From contig OX597821.1 in assembly GCA_951406725.2 (NCBI GenBank), positions 102,320,001 to 102,444,000 of the forward strand: a stretch of 124,000 bases of DNA, read 5' to 3'. The notes beneath the pieces are model-generated. The model ran no database searches and was not told the DNA's origin. It saw nothing but the letters and a program-made list of their open reading frames with translations. This document shows, one piece after another, positions 107,007-119,482 of the stretch (the first letter of the stretch is position 1; each line of letters starts with the position of its first letter). Source of the stretch: Octopus vulgaris. Lineage: Eukaryota. The position numbers and the translations under genes were made by a program.

Positions 107007-107225
107007 ATGTGCCACTAGCATGGGAACCAGTTAAGCAGCACTGACATCGACCACGTTCAGATGGTGCTTTTTATGTGCCACTAGCATGGGAGCCAGTTAG
107101 GTAGCACTGACATCGACCACATTTGGATGGTGCTTTTTATGTGCCACTAGCATGGGAGCCAGTTAGGTGGCACTGACATTGATCACGTTCAGATGATTCT
107201 TTTTATGTGCCACTAGCATGGGAGC
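107007..107225. repeat. 66-bp minisatellite inside SINE family C
   Basis: atgtgccactagcatggg at 107007, 107073, 107139 and 107205. Confidence 0.9.
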
Positions 107226-109549
107226 TGTAATTTTCATTCTATGACCAAAAATGAAAAACAATTCCAAACAAATTGTTTATTACTGCAATATATAAGTTTG
107301 TGCTTTTATCTCTGAAAGACATTTAGGTCAACAAGTATTCTTTTACCGTTATGTCAGTTTTGAAGATATTAATTCATTGTTGTTATATGGCAGTATATTG
107401 AGTTCAGCTTTATTATTATTACATCCTGCTGTTTGTTTCATAGCAGCATGGAACATGGACATTAAATATTGATGATGATGGTGTATATTTCCACTGCATT
107501 ACTTCTCTAGTTCACTAAAATATGTTCCAATACATCTGTCAACTGGCTTGGCTTGTTAGTTATAACAACAACATTTTCACAAATCACATCCTATCATCTT
107601 GAAACAAGAAGGTCACATTGGATGCTGTAGTCTTAGATGTTCAAAGAAGAAAGGATGGAAGATCTTTGATCAATTTGTCCTGTCTATTCAATCAGGTTTG
107701 ATTTGGGTGCTAAACAATAATAATAACAACAGAAGCATCTAAGCATACAGAGGTTCAAAGGAAATTAAATGAACTAATAATATCAACCAGCAGACACTTT
107801 GCAGTTCAATCATTATCGTGTGGATAGAATGTATGTCTGCATAAATCTTCATGGGTCTAGAGACCTGACATTTCTGCTTTGATGTTAAAAGCGTAGATTA
107901 AAACTAAACAAACTAAATGGCGAGAAAGTTGAAATTGAACCAAGAGCACTTGTCTAATTGAAACTGTATTGGCATTAACAGTAAAAAAACAAAAACAACA
108001 AAAAACAAAACAATAGCTGTTGGTGTTACTGATGATACATATTAATGATAATGAGTTTGTCTTTTACGAAACAGCAATTGTGTAGCTTTATTCCTACAGT
108101 AGGCTTCTGTTAAATTTATGTTAGATATATTGTGTTTTATATAGATTACTTACATTCATATGATTCATTCATCATCATTGTTAATTGTCTGTTTTCTATG
108201 CTGGCATGAGTTGGATTGTTCAACTGAGCTAGAGGGCTGTGCTGAGCTCCAATATCTTTTGGCATGTCTCTATGCTTGGATGCTCTTCCTAATGCTAAAC
108301 TGCCTTACGGTGTGTCCTGGGCTCTCTTTTCTCAAGGCATCAGCACTGGCAAGGTCACCAAGTAACTTGCAAGACAAGACCCCTTAAGTGAAAGGGGTGT
108401 AGTCTTGAGGGAGGTGGTTTATGCCAAGTGTTGATTGAGGAATAGGAACAGGTGCCCTGCTGTAGAGGCAATATATGGCTGCCCCTGCTGGAGTTGGGTG
108501 TATAAGTTTCTGAGAGTGTGAAAGGAAAGTGACAGATGGTTAGAGATGGGGATAGAGGTGGATACATTGGCAGAGGCATGGTTTATGGTAAATATCAGTT
108601 GCTGGGGGAAATGAAGGAAATATTAGTGGGTCAGAGAGGAGAAGGAGATGATAAGTGACTGTAGTATGGGGGAAGACTTATCAGGACCCATCTTTATTGA
108701 AATTTATGGGTCTTCTCAAGTGCAGCATATTGCCAATCACCTTGGTAATTTGTCATTTCCTTGTTGAGGCTCAACATCTTGAGGTTGGTCTTTGTGACTT
108801 GGTGCCACATCTTCCTGGGTTTCCCTCTTCCACAAATTCATGCTGATTGTTTGCAGTAAATTGTGTGTGTGTTTGTATACATACATTTTGGAGTACAAAC
108901 ATAAGGAAACATACTCTGTTAGTTTTTTTTTTTTAAGCTGAATGATTCACTCTGTTGCTCCATAGAGTTACTTGCTGGTATTTGGTCATTAGGCAATAAA
109001 TAGCACAGAATGTATTTGTAAATAACAATTCAAGGGTGTAAATTAGTGAATCTTTTCAGATTAATTGAACCCTGTACCTTGTGCTAACTGACCAATACAC
109101 CACAAGACCATCTCTACCACAAGGCTCCACTACAGGTGTTTTATCTGTTGGAACTTCCTTATGTAGACTTAAATAGATTAAACACTGTCTAACATAGCAA
109201 AGTAGTCCATCTTGATCAATATATGAATGAGAAATGACTCCAAGGAAAATTAATAAATCAATAATTAATATTGTTACATTTTTGTCACACATACATGCAT
109301 GACACTGAAAGACAAAATGGAATAAGCAGAACAAGAGGAGACTTGTGGGATAGAAAGTCACTGAAGAGGTCACAGAATGTGTGATGAAAGAATTTTGACA
109401 AAGAAACTATAATAATAATAGTAAAGCTGAAGTGATGACCAAATATATTGTGTGTGTGTCTAATTGACAAAAGATGACCAATCAACACATGATTTCATGG
109501 CAAGAATCTTGCAAAATAAATACATATCTTGCAAAATAAATACATAAAC

Positions 109550-109920
109550 AACAAGAGCACTCAGAGAGTGCAAACCTCCGCCAAAGCAACACCAACATCC
109601 TCTCAACAATTAGCCGGAGATGATTTTTAAAATGAGAATATCTTAAATAAACTTGATGGCTCTCACAAATGGGAATACTAAAAATGAATGACCGCTCTCA
109701 AAAATTAAGTAAAAAAAAACAGGGAAAATAATCCAGAATCCTTGTCTGGTACCAGACCGATCCCAAAATCTAATCAGTTCATACCAGTCATGAGGCCAAC
109801 ATCCCTGAAAGTTTCATCCAAATCCATCCAGCAGTTCTTGAGATATCTTGTCCACAGACAAACAAACTAACAAACACGACTGAAAACAATACCTTTGCCT
109901 TAGTGAAGGTGGAGGTAATA
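109550..109920 (-). mobile_element. Helentron-associated non-autonomous element (HINE/DINE-1-like)
   Basis: Minus strand starts ATTACCTCC.CC, has subterminal inverted repeats acctccgcc/ggcggaggt, a (TTTG)-like microsatellite and a 3' stem-loop gcactctctgagtgc. Confidence 0.55.
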
Positions 109921-111937
109921 GTTAATTGTTCAAATTTTAATTTTTAGCCACAGGCAAAGCTGTGTTGTAAGAAGTTTGCTTCTCAACCATATGACTTTTG
110001 GGTTCAGCCCCACTGTGTGATACTTTAGGCAAGTGTCTTCTACGATAACCTCAGGTCAATTTAAGCCTTGTGAGTGGATTTGGTTGACAGAAACTTGTGT
110101 GTGTGTTTTACTGTCTCCTTGCATTGACATCTGATAGTTGTAAACATATGGTGTCCTTTGTTTGTAGTTTTCTGTGAAAATATATCTGGCCATGGGGAAA
110201 TATTACCTTATTAGTGACAAGAAGGGCATCTAGCCATTGAAAATCTACCTCAGCAATTTCCATTCAGTGCATGCAAGTGGATGTCAAAACGATGATAATG
110301 ATGATGACATTACATCATTGGTCAATATTCATCTGTTAAGACTTTATAAAACATAATTACAAACTCATTAATGGCAATTGAACCTTACATGTTTTACTGA
110401 TTTGGCATGTGATTAAGAGTTTGCGTTATAGTTAATGGTAAGCACTTAAAGATAAGATAAAATTAATTTAGGATTAATTTGAGATTGAAGATGATGTCAC
110501 TGCAGTGTAAACAGATAGCACGATCACCTGTTTAGGAAGAGGTTCTTTAATATTGTTTATACAAAAAGGAAAAACATCTCAGCTATTAATAATACAGATA
110601 TAACTTATAATGAAGCTGTCAGATATGACGTGTAATATGGCTGTCATGTTAAAAACCTTTACTGCAGCCATTGTGTTCTGTTTCTTGTCAAATCCTATTA
110701 CTCTTCGTTGCTTCAGTTTGTCTACTGACAGGTTCCATGAATGGCTGTGTGGTTAAGAAGCTTGGTTCTTGACTGTATGGTTTTGGGTCCATCATCTTAT
110801 CGTCATTGCTTATATGCTTGGTTTTTTCGATGAGACATCTTGAGGTGGTATTCCACAGCTAGATGTCTTCCCTGATGCCAACCTTTGTTTTCAAGTTAGG
110901 GTCTTTATTTCACTGGTCTTCACATGTTGCACTGTCAAGCTGTGAAACTTGCTGTTTATGCAGACCTAAACAAAACGTTACTGCTACCCAAGTGGTGTCA
111001 ACATCATCATTTAGCGTCCGTTTTCCATGCTAGCATGGGTTGGACAGTTCAACTGGGGTCTGTGAAGCCGGAAGGCTGCATCAGGCCCAGTCAGATCTGG
111101 CAGTGTTTCTACGGCTGGATGCCCTTCCTAACGCCAACCACTCCATGAGTGTAGTGGGTGCTTTTTACGTGCCACCCGCACAGGTGCCAGACGGAGCTGG
111201 CAAACGGCCACGAACGGATGGTGCTTTAGGCACAAGGCCAGCAAGTTCAGGGGAGGGGCTAGGTCAATTACATTGATCCCAGCACTCAACTGGTACGTAT
111301 TTTATCAACCCCGAAAGAATGAAAATCATAGCTGACCATGTGAAGATGATAATGCTCACACACATTTGTGTGTGTGTTTCCGTGTTTCTTTGGACTGGTG
111401 TTACTTGGACAATAGTGGTATTTGTTTATGTCCTGCATAAAGAATATATCCAGCAACTCAGCAGTTTGACCCGTGAAGGAAGACCTGTGAAATGTAGTAC
111501 TTTGAAGAATTGGTATCCAGTTGTGGAGTACTACATTCAGTATGGAAAAAGTGGAAGTAACAGCAATGGTTTTATATTTATATGTTTGTGTGTGTATGTG
111601 GCTATGTAGGTAAGAAGTTTGCTTTGCAATCTCATGGCCTTTGGGTTCAGTTCCACTGCGTGACCAATACTGTATGAATGAATTTGGCAGATGGAAAGTA
111701 TGTGGAAGCCCACGAATATATGTGTGTATTTTGGATCTGTGTTTGTTCCCCCCCCTGGCACCACTGTCTGATAATCAGGGTTGATTTGTTTATGTCCTTG
111801 TAACATAGCGGTTTGGCAAAACAGACCAATAGAATAAGTATCAGACTTTAAAACTAAGTATTGGGGGCAACTGGTTTGATTAAAACCCTTCAGTGTGGTG
111901 CTCCAGCATGCTCGCCATCCATTGGCTGACACAAGTA

Positions 111938-111992
<55 letters not shown>

Positions 111993-113642
111993 TACATATA
112001 TATATATGTATGTATATATTTGTGTGTCTGTGTTTGTTCCCTCACCATCACTTAACAACTGATGCTGGTGTGTTTACGTCCCCGTAACTTAGCAATTCGG
112101 CAAAAGAGACCAATAGAATAAGTCTTAGGTTTGGTTTGTTCAACTAAAGACAGTGCTCCAGTGTGGCCACAGTCAAATGACTGAAACAAATGAAAGAATA
112201 TATGTATATATACGCACACACACACCTTGGGATTCACAGAAAGGAAGACAGGGGACTGAGACTCCTGGTGGTTTACTGTGCTTGAAGGGATATGTCAAGC
112301 TGAGTAAAAGCAAGGTTACCCTTGCATACAGGCTGAGCATCCCTAATCTTGTGGGCCTGTAGGTGCTGTTGCCTTGTAAAAAGTACTCATGCTGGTGCTG
112401 CACAAAAGCACCCAGTACTCTTTGTAAAATGGTTGGCATTAGGAAAGGCATCTAGCTGGAGAAACCATGCCAAAACAGACAGACAGGGAGCCTGAACAGC
112501 CCTTCAGCTGGTTAGTTCCAGTGAAACTGTCCAACCCTTGCCAATATGGAAAGTGAACTTTAAATGATGATATTAAAAGCTTTACTCCAGCATGGTTTTG
112601 ATGACCTAACAAAAGATTATAATTTATACCTAGTTAGGTGTTAATCAACCTCATTATGTGTTACACATGAGCATGAAACTTTGACTATGTACGATAAATC
112701 GAATGATAAATTTACGCCTTTCTTTTCTTAGTTGCTAACTATTTTAGCAATAAATATGATTTAAAATTTACATGACTACCTGCTGTGTCAACTGCTGCTA
112801 AGTTGTTGAATGTTGGAACTGGCTATGAAGAAAATTAGTGCACTTGCAGCATTTAACAAAGACTTGAGTTTTCATTAAGAATTTTTCTTTTCTTGTCTCC
112901 TATCAATATGTTGATATGAAGCTAGGTTCTTTTTAAAGGCAGCTTTGCTTGGCAACATACTGCTTGTTCGTTGGTGGAGAGGAAATGGGTTTGTCCTGAC
113001 TTTACTTTGTTCGTTGTGACAACCACGATGTGAGATGAATTGCTGTAAAGAAAATTATATTAGAAGCCTGGTTAGATATGTTTTGAGAAATTATGATTTT
113101 GCCATTTTGGTATTAATTTATGAATAGAGAAAGGAAACTTTATTGTTATTTATTTTTAGATTTTAGCAATTTTTTTTTGTGACTTAAATTGCTTCAATTA
113201 ATTCCCATTTGTCATGCTACAAGAAACATATGTTATATTTACTGGGAATGAAACTCAGCTAAGCAGGTCTGTTTAAAAGCTATCATGGCATTTATTGACT
113301 ATACTACAGTGGCTTGACAGCTGTTAAGTTATTTCATATAGCAGCAGTTATAACACGCGCACACATACACACCAGTGTGTGCGTGTTATAACACCATACA
113401 CACCAGTGTGTGTGTGTTTGTAATAATATGTATATATATAAATATGTTTGTATGTATTGCATTTGTACCCTGCCACTGCTTAACAACTGGTGTTGATTTG
113501 TTTACAACCTCATAACTTAGCAGTTTGGCAAAAGAGACCAATAGAATAAGTAGCAGATTTAAAGTAAATACTGGGGTTGGCTTGTTTGACTAAACCCATT
113601 TTTTGTGGTGACCCAGCATGGCCACAATCCCTTAGAAAAACA

Positions 113643-113707
<65 letters not shown>

Positions 113708-114136
113708 GTGAAGGAGAGCTGTGTGAAGAAGTGCCACTCCCAAATAGTGGAAGGAATCTGGGGTAGAGGGTGACCCAGGAAGACATGGGATGAGGTGGTG
113801 AAGCACGACCTTTGAACGTTGGGTCTCACAAAGGCAATGATGTAAAAAGCACCATCCGAACGTGGCTGATGCCAGCGCCACCTTGACTGGCTTCCGTGCC
113901 AGTGGCATGTAAAAAGCACCAGCCGATCATGGTCAATGCCAGCTCCTCTGGCCCCTTGTGCTGGTGGCACATAAAAAGCACCCACTACACTCTTGGAGTG
114001 GTTGGCGTTAGGAAGGGCATCCAGGTGTAGAAACATTGCCAGATCAGATTGGGGCCTGGTGCATCCTCCTGGCTTCTCAGACCCCAGTTGAACCGTCCAA
114101 CCCATGCCAGCATGGAAAATGAACGTTAAGTGATGA

Positions 114137-114187
<51 letters not shown>

Positions 114188-114869
114188 TGCACACATACAT
114201 GGAGAGCCACCTGCAGCAACTGCAAGAAGGTCCAGACCATCAACAAATGTCTTCAGCAGATCCTTCATCTGAAGTGGTTTGATAAAGTGCCAAACACCGA
114301 CCTGTGGGAAAGGGCCAACCAAGGAAAGAACCCTCAAATGTGACACAAATGCACACACCCATCAATTTTGAATATGTCTGTATATGTGTTATCGAGGGAT
114401 CAGGTGTTAGTGTTTGAACTGATGATCTTACAATCATGATGCTGACACCCTAACCACTAAGCCACGCACCTTCACTAAATAATAAATGCGCCCTTTTAAA
114501 GCCTAGCCAGACTCATGGGCCTGGTTTCTATGGCGTATGTGTTCCTCGGCTGCACGGGACGCCAGTCCATCGCAGCGTTACTAATTTTTGCCAGCTGAGG
114601 GAACTGGAGCAACGTGAAATGAAGTGTTTTGCTCAAGAACACAACGTGTCGCTTGGTCCAGGAATCGAAACCACAATCTTATGATCATGGTGCTGACACC
114701 CTAACCACTAAGCCACGTGCCTCCACGATGGTATAGTTAGCTTACGTAGAAATCTTTGTTCAATAACATTTACTCTATATTCTCAGCTATTCTCGAAACA
114801 GCTGTAAGAGACTTTACATATTTGCTACAACTTCTCTGCACTGTTTAAATTATAAATTAAATACTTTAA

Positions 114870-115951
114870 CCCTTTCGTTACCAAACCGCCCAAAGCCGCC
114901 CGAAAAAAATTTTGGTTTATGAGACCAAACCGCCCAAAGCCGCCCGAATTTACCTATTCATATTTAAATGAGAATATCAGAGCAAATCTCTTCAGTACAT
115001 TCGTGAAAACACGTATTATACTTCGTAAACAGTTCAACTACAGTTTTGTACAATAATCGAAGTGTAATTTTAATTCCGTGAATTTTGGGAGATTTTTTTC
115101 CGAAATTTGTTCCTATTGTGTTTTCAAAATTTGTAATTCTGACAAAAAATGGATACGAATTTCATTATATCAAGCAGCGAGTCAGAATTCGAAGGATTTT
115201 CTACTGAAGACCTTCATAAATCTAACTCTATGACTGAAAAAAAAAAAGCATGGTATTTGATAATGAATCTGATGTTTCATTTTCCGAAAGTGAAAACTGT
115301 GAATCCGAGAGCTCCGACAGCGATAAAGAAAACGAATTGGCACCTGAATGGAGTGAAAATTTAAAAACTGTTTCTTTTGGTGATTTTTCTGAAGATGGAC
115401 CAAGCCACAGACTTTCCCAGAAGGGTAAAGCCTTAGACTATTTCTATTTACTTTTTCGAATGAGCCTATTTGAAATCATTACGGCAGAAACGAACCGTTA
115501 CGCTAAACGTAAACAAAGCGAAAGAAAGGATAGTTTGTGGTTTCCCACAACCTTAAATGAAATTAAGACTATTTTGCCATAAATATTATTATGGGTATCA
115601 GAAAGTTACCCAGAATAATAAATTCTATCGTAAAATTTTGTTGTATACCCAATTGAATATTAGCTAATAACCCATTTTCTATAGCAATGTTTGAACAAAA
115701 TTTTAATAATTTTATATTTTGTGGAATTTACCTGTATCTACCTGCAATTAGAGTCACTTTGTGACAAAAATTATAGTATAGAATTGGTTGAGAATATTTC
115801 ATTAAATTATCTTCCAAAAATCAGATTAATATATCGATAAATAAAAAAGTTATAGTTGTTTAATGAAACCAGACTAAATTTATGATTATGTTAGAAATTA
115901 ATTGAAACACATAAGGGGTGTAATTTGGTCAGAAATATAGTAACGAAAGGG
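114870..115951 (+). mobile_element. Non-autonomous internally deleted piggyBac element, copy 1
   Basis: TTAA on both flanks and 12-bp TIR CCCTTTCGTTAC. Remnant transposase N-terminus KALDYFYLLF..FEIITAETNRYA..WFPTTLNEIK..AINIIMGIRKLP. Confidence 0.95.
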
Positions 115952-116785
115952 TTAAAGTGATACCACATTTTGCTTACTCATTCTCTGTTTCTAACACACA
116001 CACTCACACATGCAGGTATGTTAAATATACTTTGCTGTTAAGGATCATTTTACCAATTATGTATTATATGCAACCTTTTTCCTTTTGTAATAATGTAGGG
116101 TTTAACGACATGTTATTGTATGTGTGTTTTTTGTTTATTTATACATAATTTCTCGTGTGTATGTAAATTTAAAATGTATTTTGAGATTACAGGTTTATTA
116201 GACTTGATATCCTGGTTTTCTGTGACATTTAAGACAACTCAGCCCCTGAGCATGTCACCAATCTGGTGCAGAGTCTCCACAATTGTTGCTGGTACTTATT
116301 GTCAGCTGAGTGGAATGAAGGAATGTGAAACTTCCCTATTATTACATATTATATAAATATATAAAAGATATGTAATATACCATATTTATTCATTGTATAT
116401 GTAATACTATTTCATACTGGATTGGGGTGTGACTTATAATCAGGGCAAAGCTATAACTATGAAGCGAAAGAATGTTGTATCAATGTTTAATTCTAAATAA
116501 GCAAGTATGACTTATACAAGAATGAATACAGTATATATAGTTAAAATTGATCATTATTTTGAAGCAAATTATTTTTCTCATTAACATTTTTGGCTTTGTC
116601 AATTAAAGCATCATATACATTTTAATTCATCTTGTAAACAGACTTTTTCTTTGAAGAAGTTCTTTTTATACCTGGTTTCTTTTGCTATATTATATATGTC
116701 TTTTGGAAGAAGTGCCATTGATTTTTAAGTTAAAGAAAATGCAGATTCTATTTTAACAAATATGTTCCATTCTATAGATGTTTAA

Positions 116786-117870
116786 CCCTTTCGTTACCAA
116801 ACCGCCCAAAGCCGCCCGAAAAAAATTTTGGTTTATGAAACCAAACCGCCCAAAGCCGCCCGAATTTACCTATTCATATTTAAATGAGAATATCAGAGCA
116901 AATCTCTTCAGTACATTCGTGAAAACACGTATTATACTTCGTAAACAGTTCAACTACAGTTTTGTACAATAATCGAAGTGTAATTTTAATTCCGTGAATT
117001 TTGGGAGATTTTTTTCCGAAATTTGTTCCTATTGTGTTTTCAAAATTTGTAATTCTGACAAAAAATGGATACGAATTTCATTATATCAAGCAGCGAGTCA
117101 GAATTCGAAGGATTTTCTACTGAAGACCTTCATAAATCTAACTCTATGACTGAAAAAAAAAGCACATGGTATTTGATAATGAATTTGATGTTTCATTTTC
117201 CGAAAGTGAAAACTGTGAATCTGAGATCTCCGATAGCGATAAAGAAAACGAATTGGCACCTGAATGGAGTGAAAATTTAAAAACTGTTTCTTTCGGTGAT
117301 TTCTCTGAAGAAACTGGACCAAGCCACAGACTTTCCCAGAAGAGTAAAGCCTTAGACTATTTCTTTTTACTTTTTCGAATGAGCCTATTTGAAATCATTA
117401 CGGCAGAAACGAACCGTTACGCTAAACGTAAACAAAGCAAAAGAAACGATAGTTTGTGGTTTCCCTCAACCTTAAATGAAATTAAGACTATTTTGCCATA
117501 AATATTATTATGGGTATCAGAAAGTTACCCAGAATAACAAATTCTATCGTAAAATTTTGTTATATACCCAATTGAATATTAGCTAATAACCCATTTTCTA
117601 TAGCGATGTTTGAACAAAATTTTAATAATTTTATATTTTGTGGAATTTACCTGTATCTACCTGCAATTAGAGTCACTTTGTAACAAAAATTATAGTATAG
117701 AATTGGTTGAGAATATTTCATTAAATTATCTTCCAAAAATCAGATTAATATATCGATAAATAAAAAAGTTATAGTTGTTTAATGAAACCAGACTAAATTT
117801 ATGATTACGTTAGAAATTAATTGAAACACATAAGGGGTGTAATTTGGTCAGAAATATAGTAACGAAAGGG
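116786..117870 (+). mobile_element. Non-autonomous internally deleted piggyBac element, copy 2
   Basis: Same TIRs, TTAA flanks and transposase remnant; near-identical to copy 1 but with different flanks. Confidence 0.95.
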
Positions 117871-119432
117871 TTAATGTGACACTAGATTTTTTTTTACACT
117901 ATTGTTTTTTATATCATATTTCCTTTACCATCATGGGTTTCACAGCATGGTTGCATGTACAAATTCAGGCTGTATGGGTAATCTGGCATAATTAGAGAGA
118001 AGGTTTAGAGGTTTTGAAAGCATGTTCAACCTTCTTATGGTATTTAACTTTAAAAAAAATTTTTTTACTTTTTTTATAAATCAAAGTTTATAAAAATTTG
118101 CAGGTGTGCCAATCACATGGTTCTTGGTTCAGTCCCACTGCAAGGTACCTTTGACAAGTGTCTTCCATAGCCTCATGTTAACCAAAGTCTTGTGTGTAGA
118201 TTTGGTAAATGGAAACTAAAAAGAAGCCCATTGTGTATGTGTGTTTGTCCCCCACCGCCGTTGGACAACTGGTGTTGATGAGTTTACATCTCTGTAACTT
118301 AGCAGTTCAGCAAAAGAAACCAATAGAATAAGTACTGGGCTTTAAAAAAAAAAGTGCTGGGATCAATTCATTCAACTAAAAATTCTTCAAGGTGGTGATC
118401 CAGCATGGCCACAGTCAAGTGACTGAAACAAGTAAAAGATAAATTTGGTGAGGTTTATATACAAGGGAGAGGTGATGGTACTGATGTGTTGAGCAAAACC
118501 TTTTTCCAAATTCAAAGACATTTTGAAGATTTTTTTTTTCTGAGAGAAGCTGCCATTAGCTTCACTTTTATTTGTTGCTTTCAAAATGTTCAATCAAAAT
118601 GGCCAATCACTACACAGTTTCTAACTGAAAGTTTTGGGACCTCTGAAAGAATTTAAACCTCCAGACCCGATCCCCCATGTCTAACTTTTCCCTCCACCTG
118701 GGCTCCTGAGCGAAAAAGTAAAAAAAATTGCATGGCTGTGTGGTAAGTAGCTTGCTTACCAACCACATGGTTCCGGATTCAGTCTCACTGTGTGGCACCT
118801 TGGGCAAGTGTCTTCTACTATAGCCTTGGGTTGACCAAAGCCTTGTGAATGGATTTGGTAGACGGAAACAGAAAGAAGCCTGTTGTATATATGTATGTGT
118901 GTGTGTTTGTGTGTCTGTCCTCACACCATCACTTGACAACCAATGCTGGTGTGTTTACATCTCCATAACTTAGTGGTTCAGCAAAAGAGGCTGATAGAAT
119001 AAGTACTAGGCCTACAAAGAATATGTCTTGGCATCGATTTGTTTGACTAAAGGCGGTACTCCAGCATGGCCGCAGTCAAATGACTGAAACAAATAAAAGA
119101 GTAAAAGAGCGACGATTGCAGGCCAAATAATGGACAGAATCGGCTGCTTCTGCCTTTTCTGCGTGTGTTGTTTATTGCCATTGTACAAAGAATTTGGTTG
119201 AGGTGACGTTTAACACATTCCTGCTACAGTGGAAATATGGTATGGCAGGGATAAAACCATAAGAAGTTAGGTGCAGGCATGGTTGTGTGTTAAAAGGCTT
119301 ACTTAGCAGCCATGTGGTTTTTGGTTCAGCCCCACTTCACGGCTCACTTGGTCAAGAGTCTTCAACTATAGTTCTGGGCCAACCTATACTTTGTGAGGGA
119401 ATTCAGTAGATAGAAACTGAGTGGAAGCCTGC

Positions 119433-119482
<50 letters not shown>

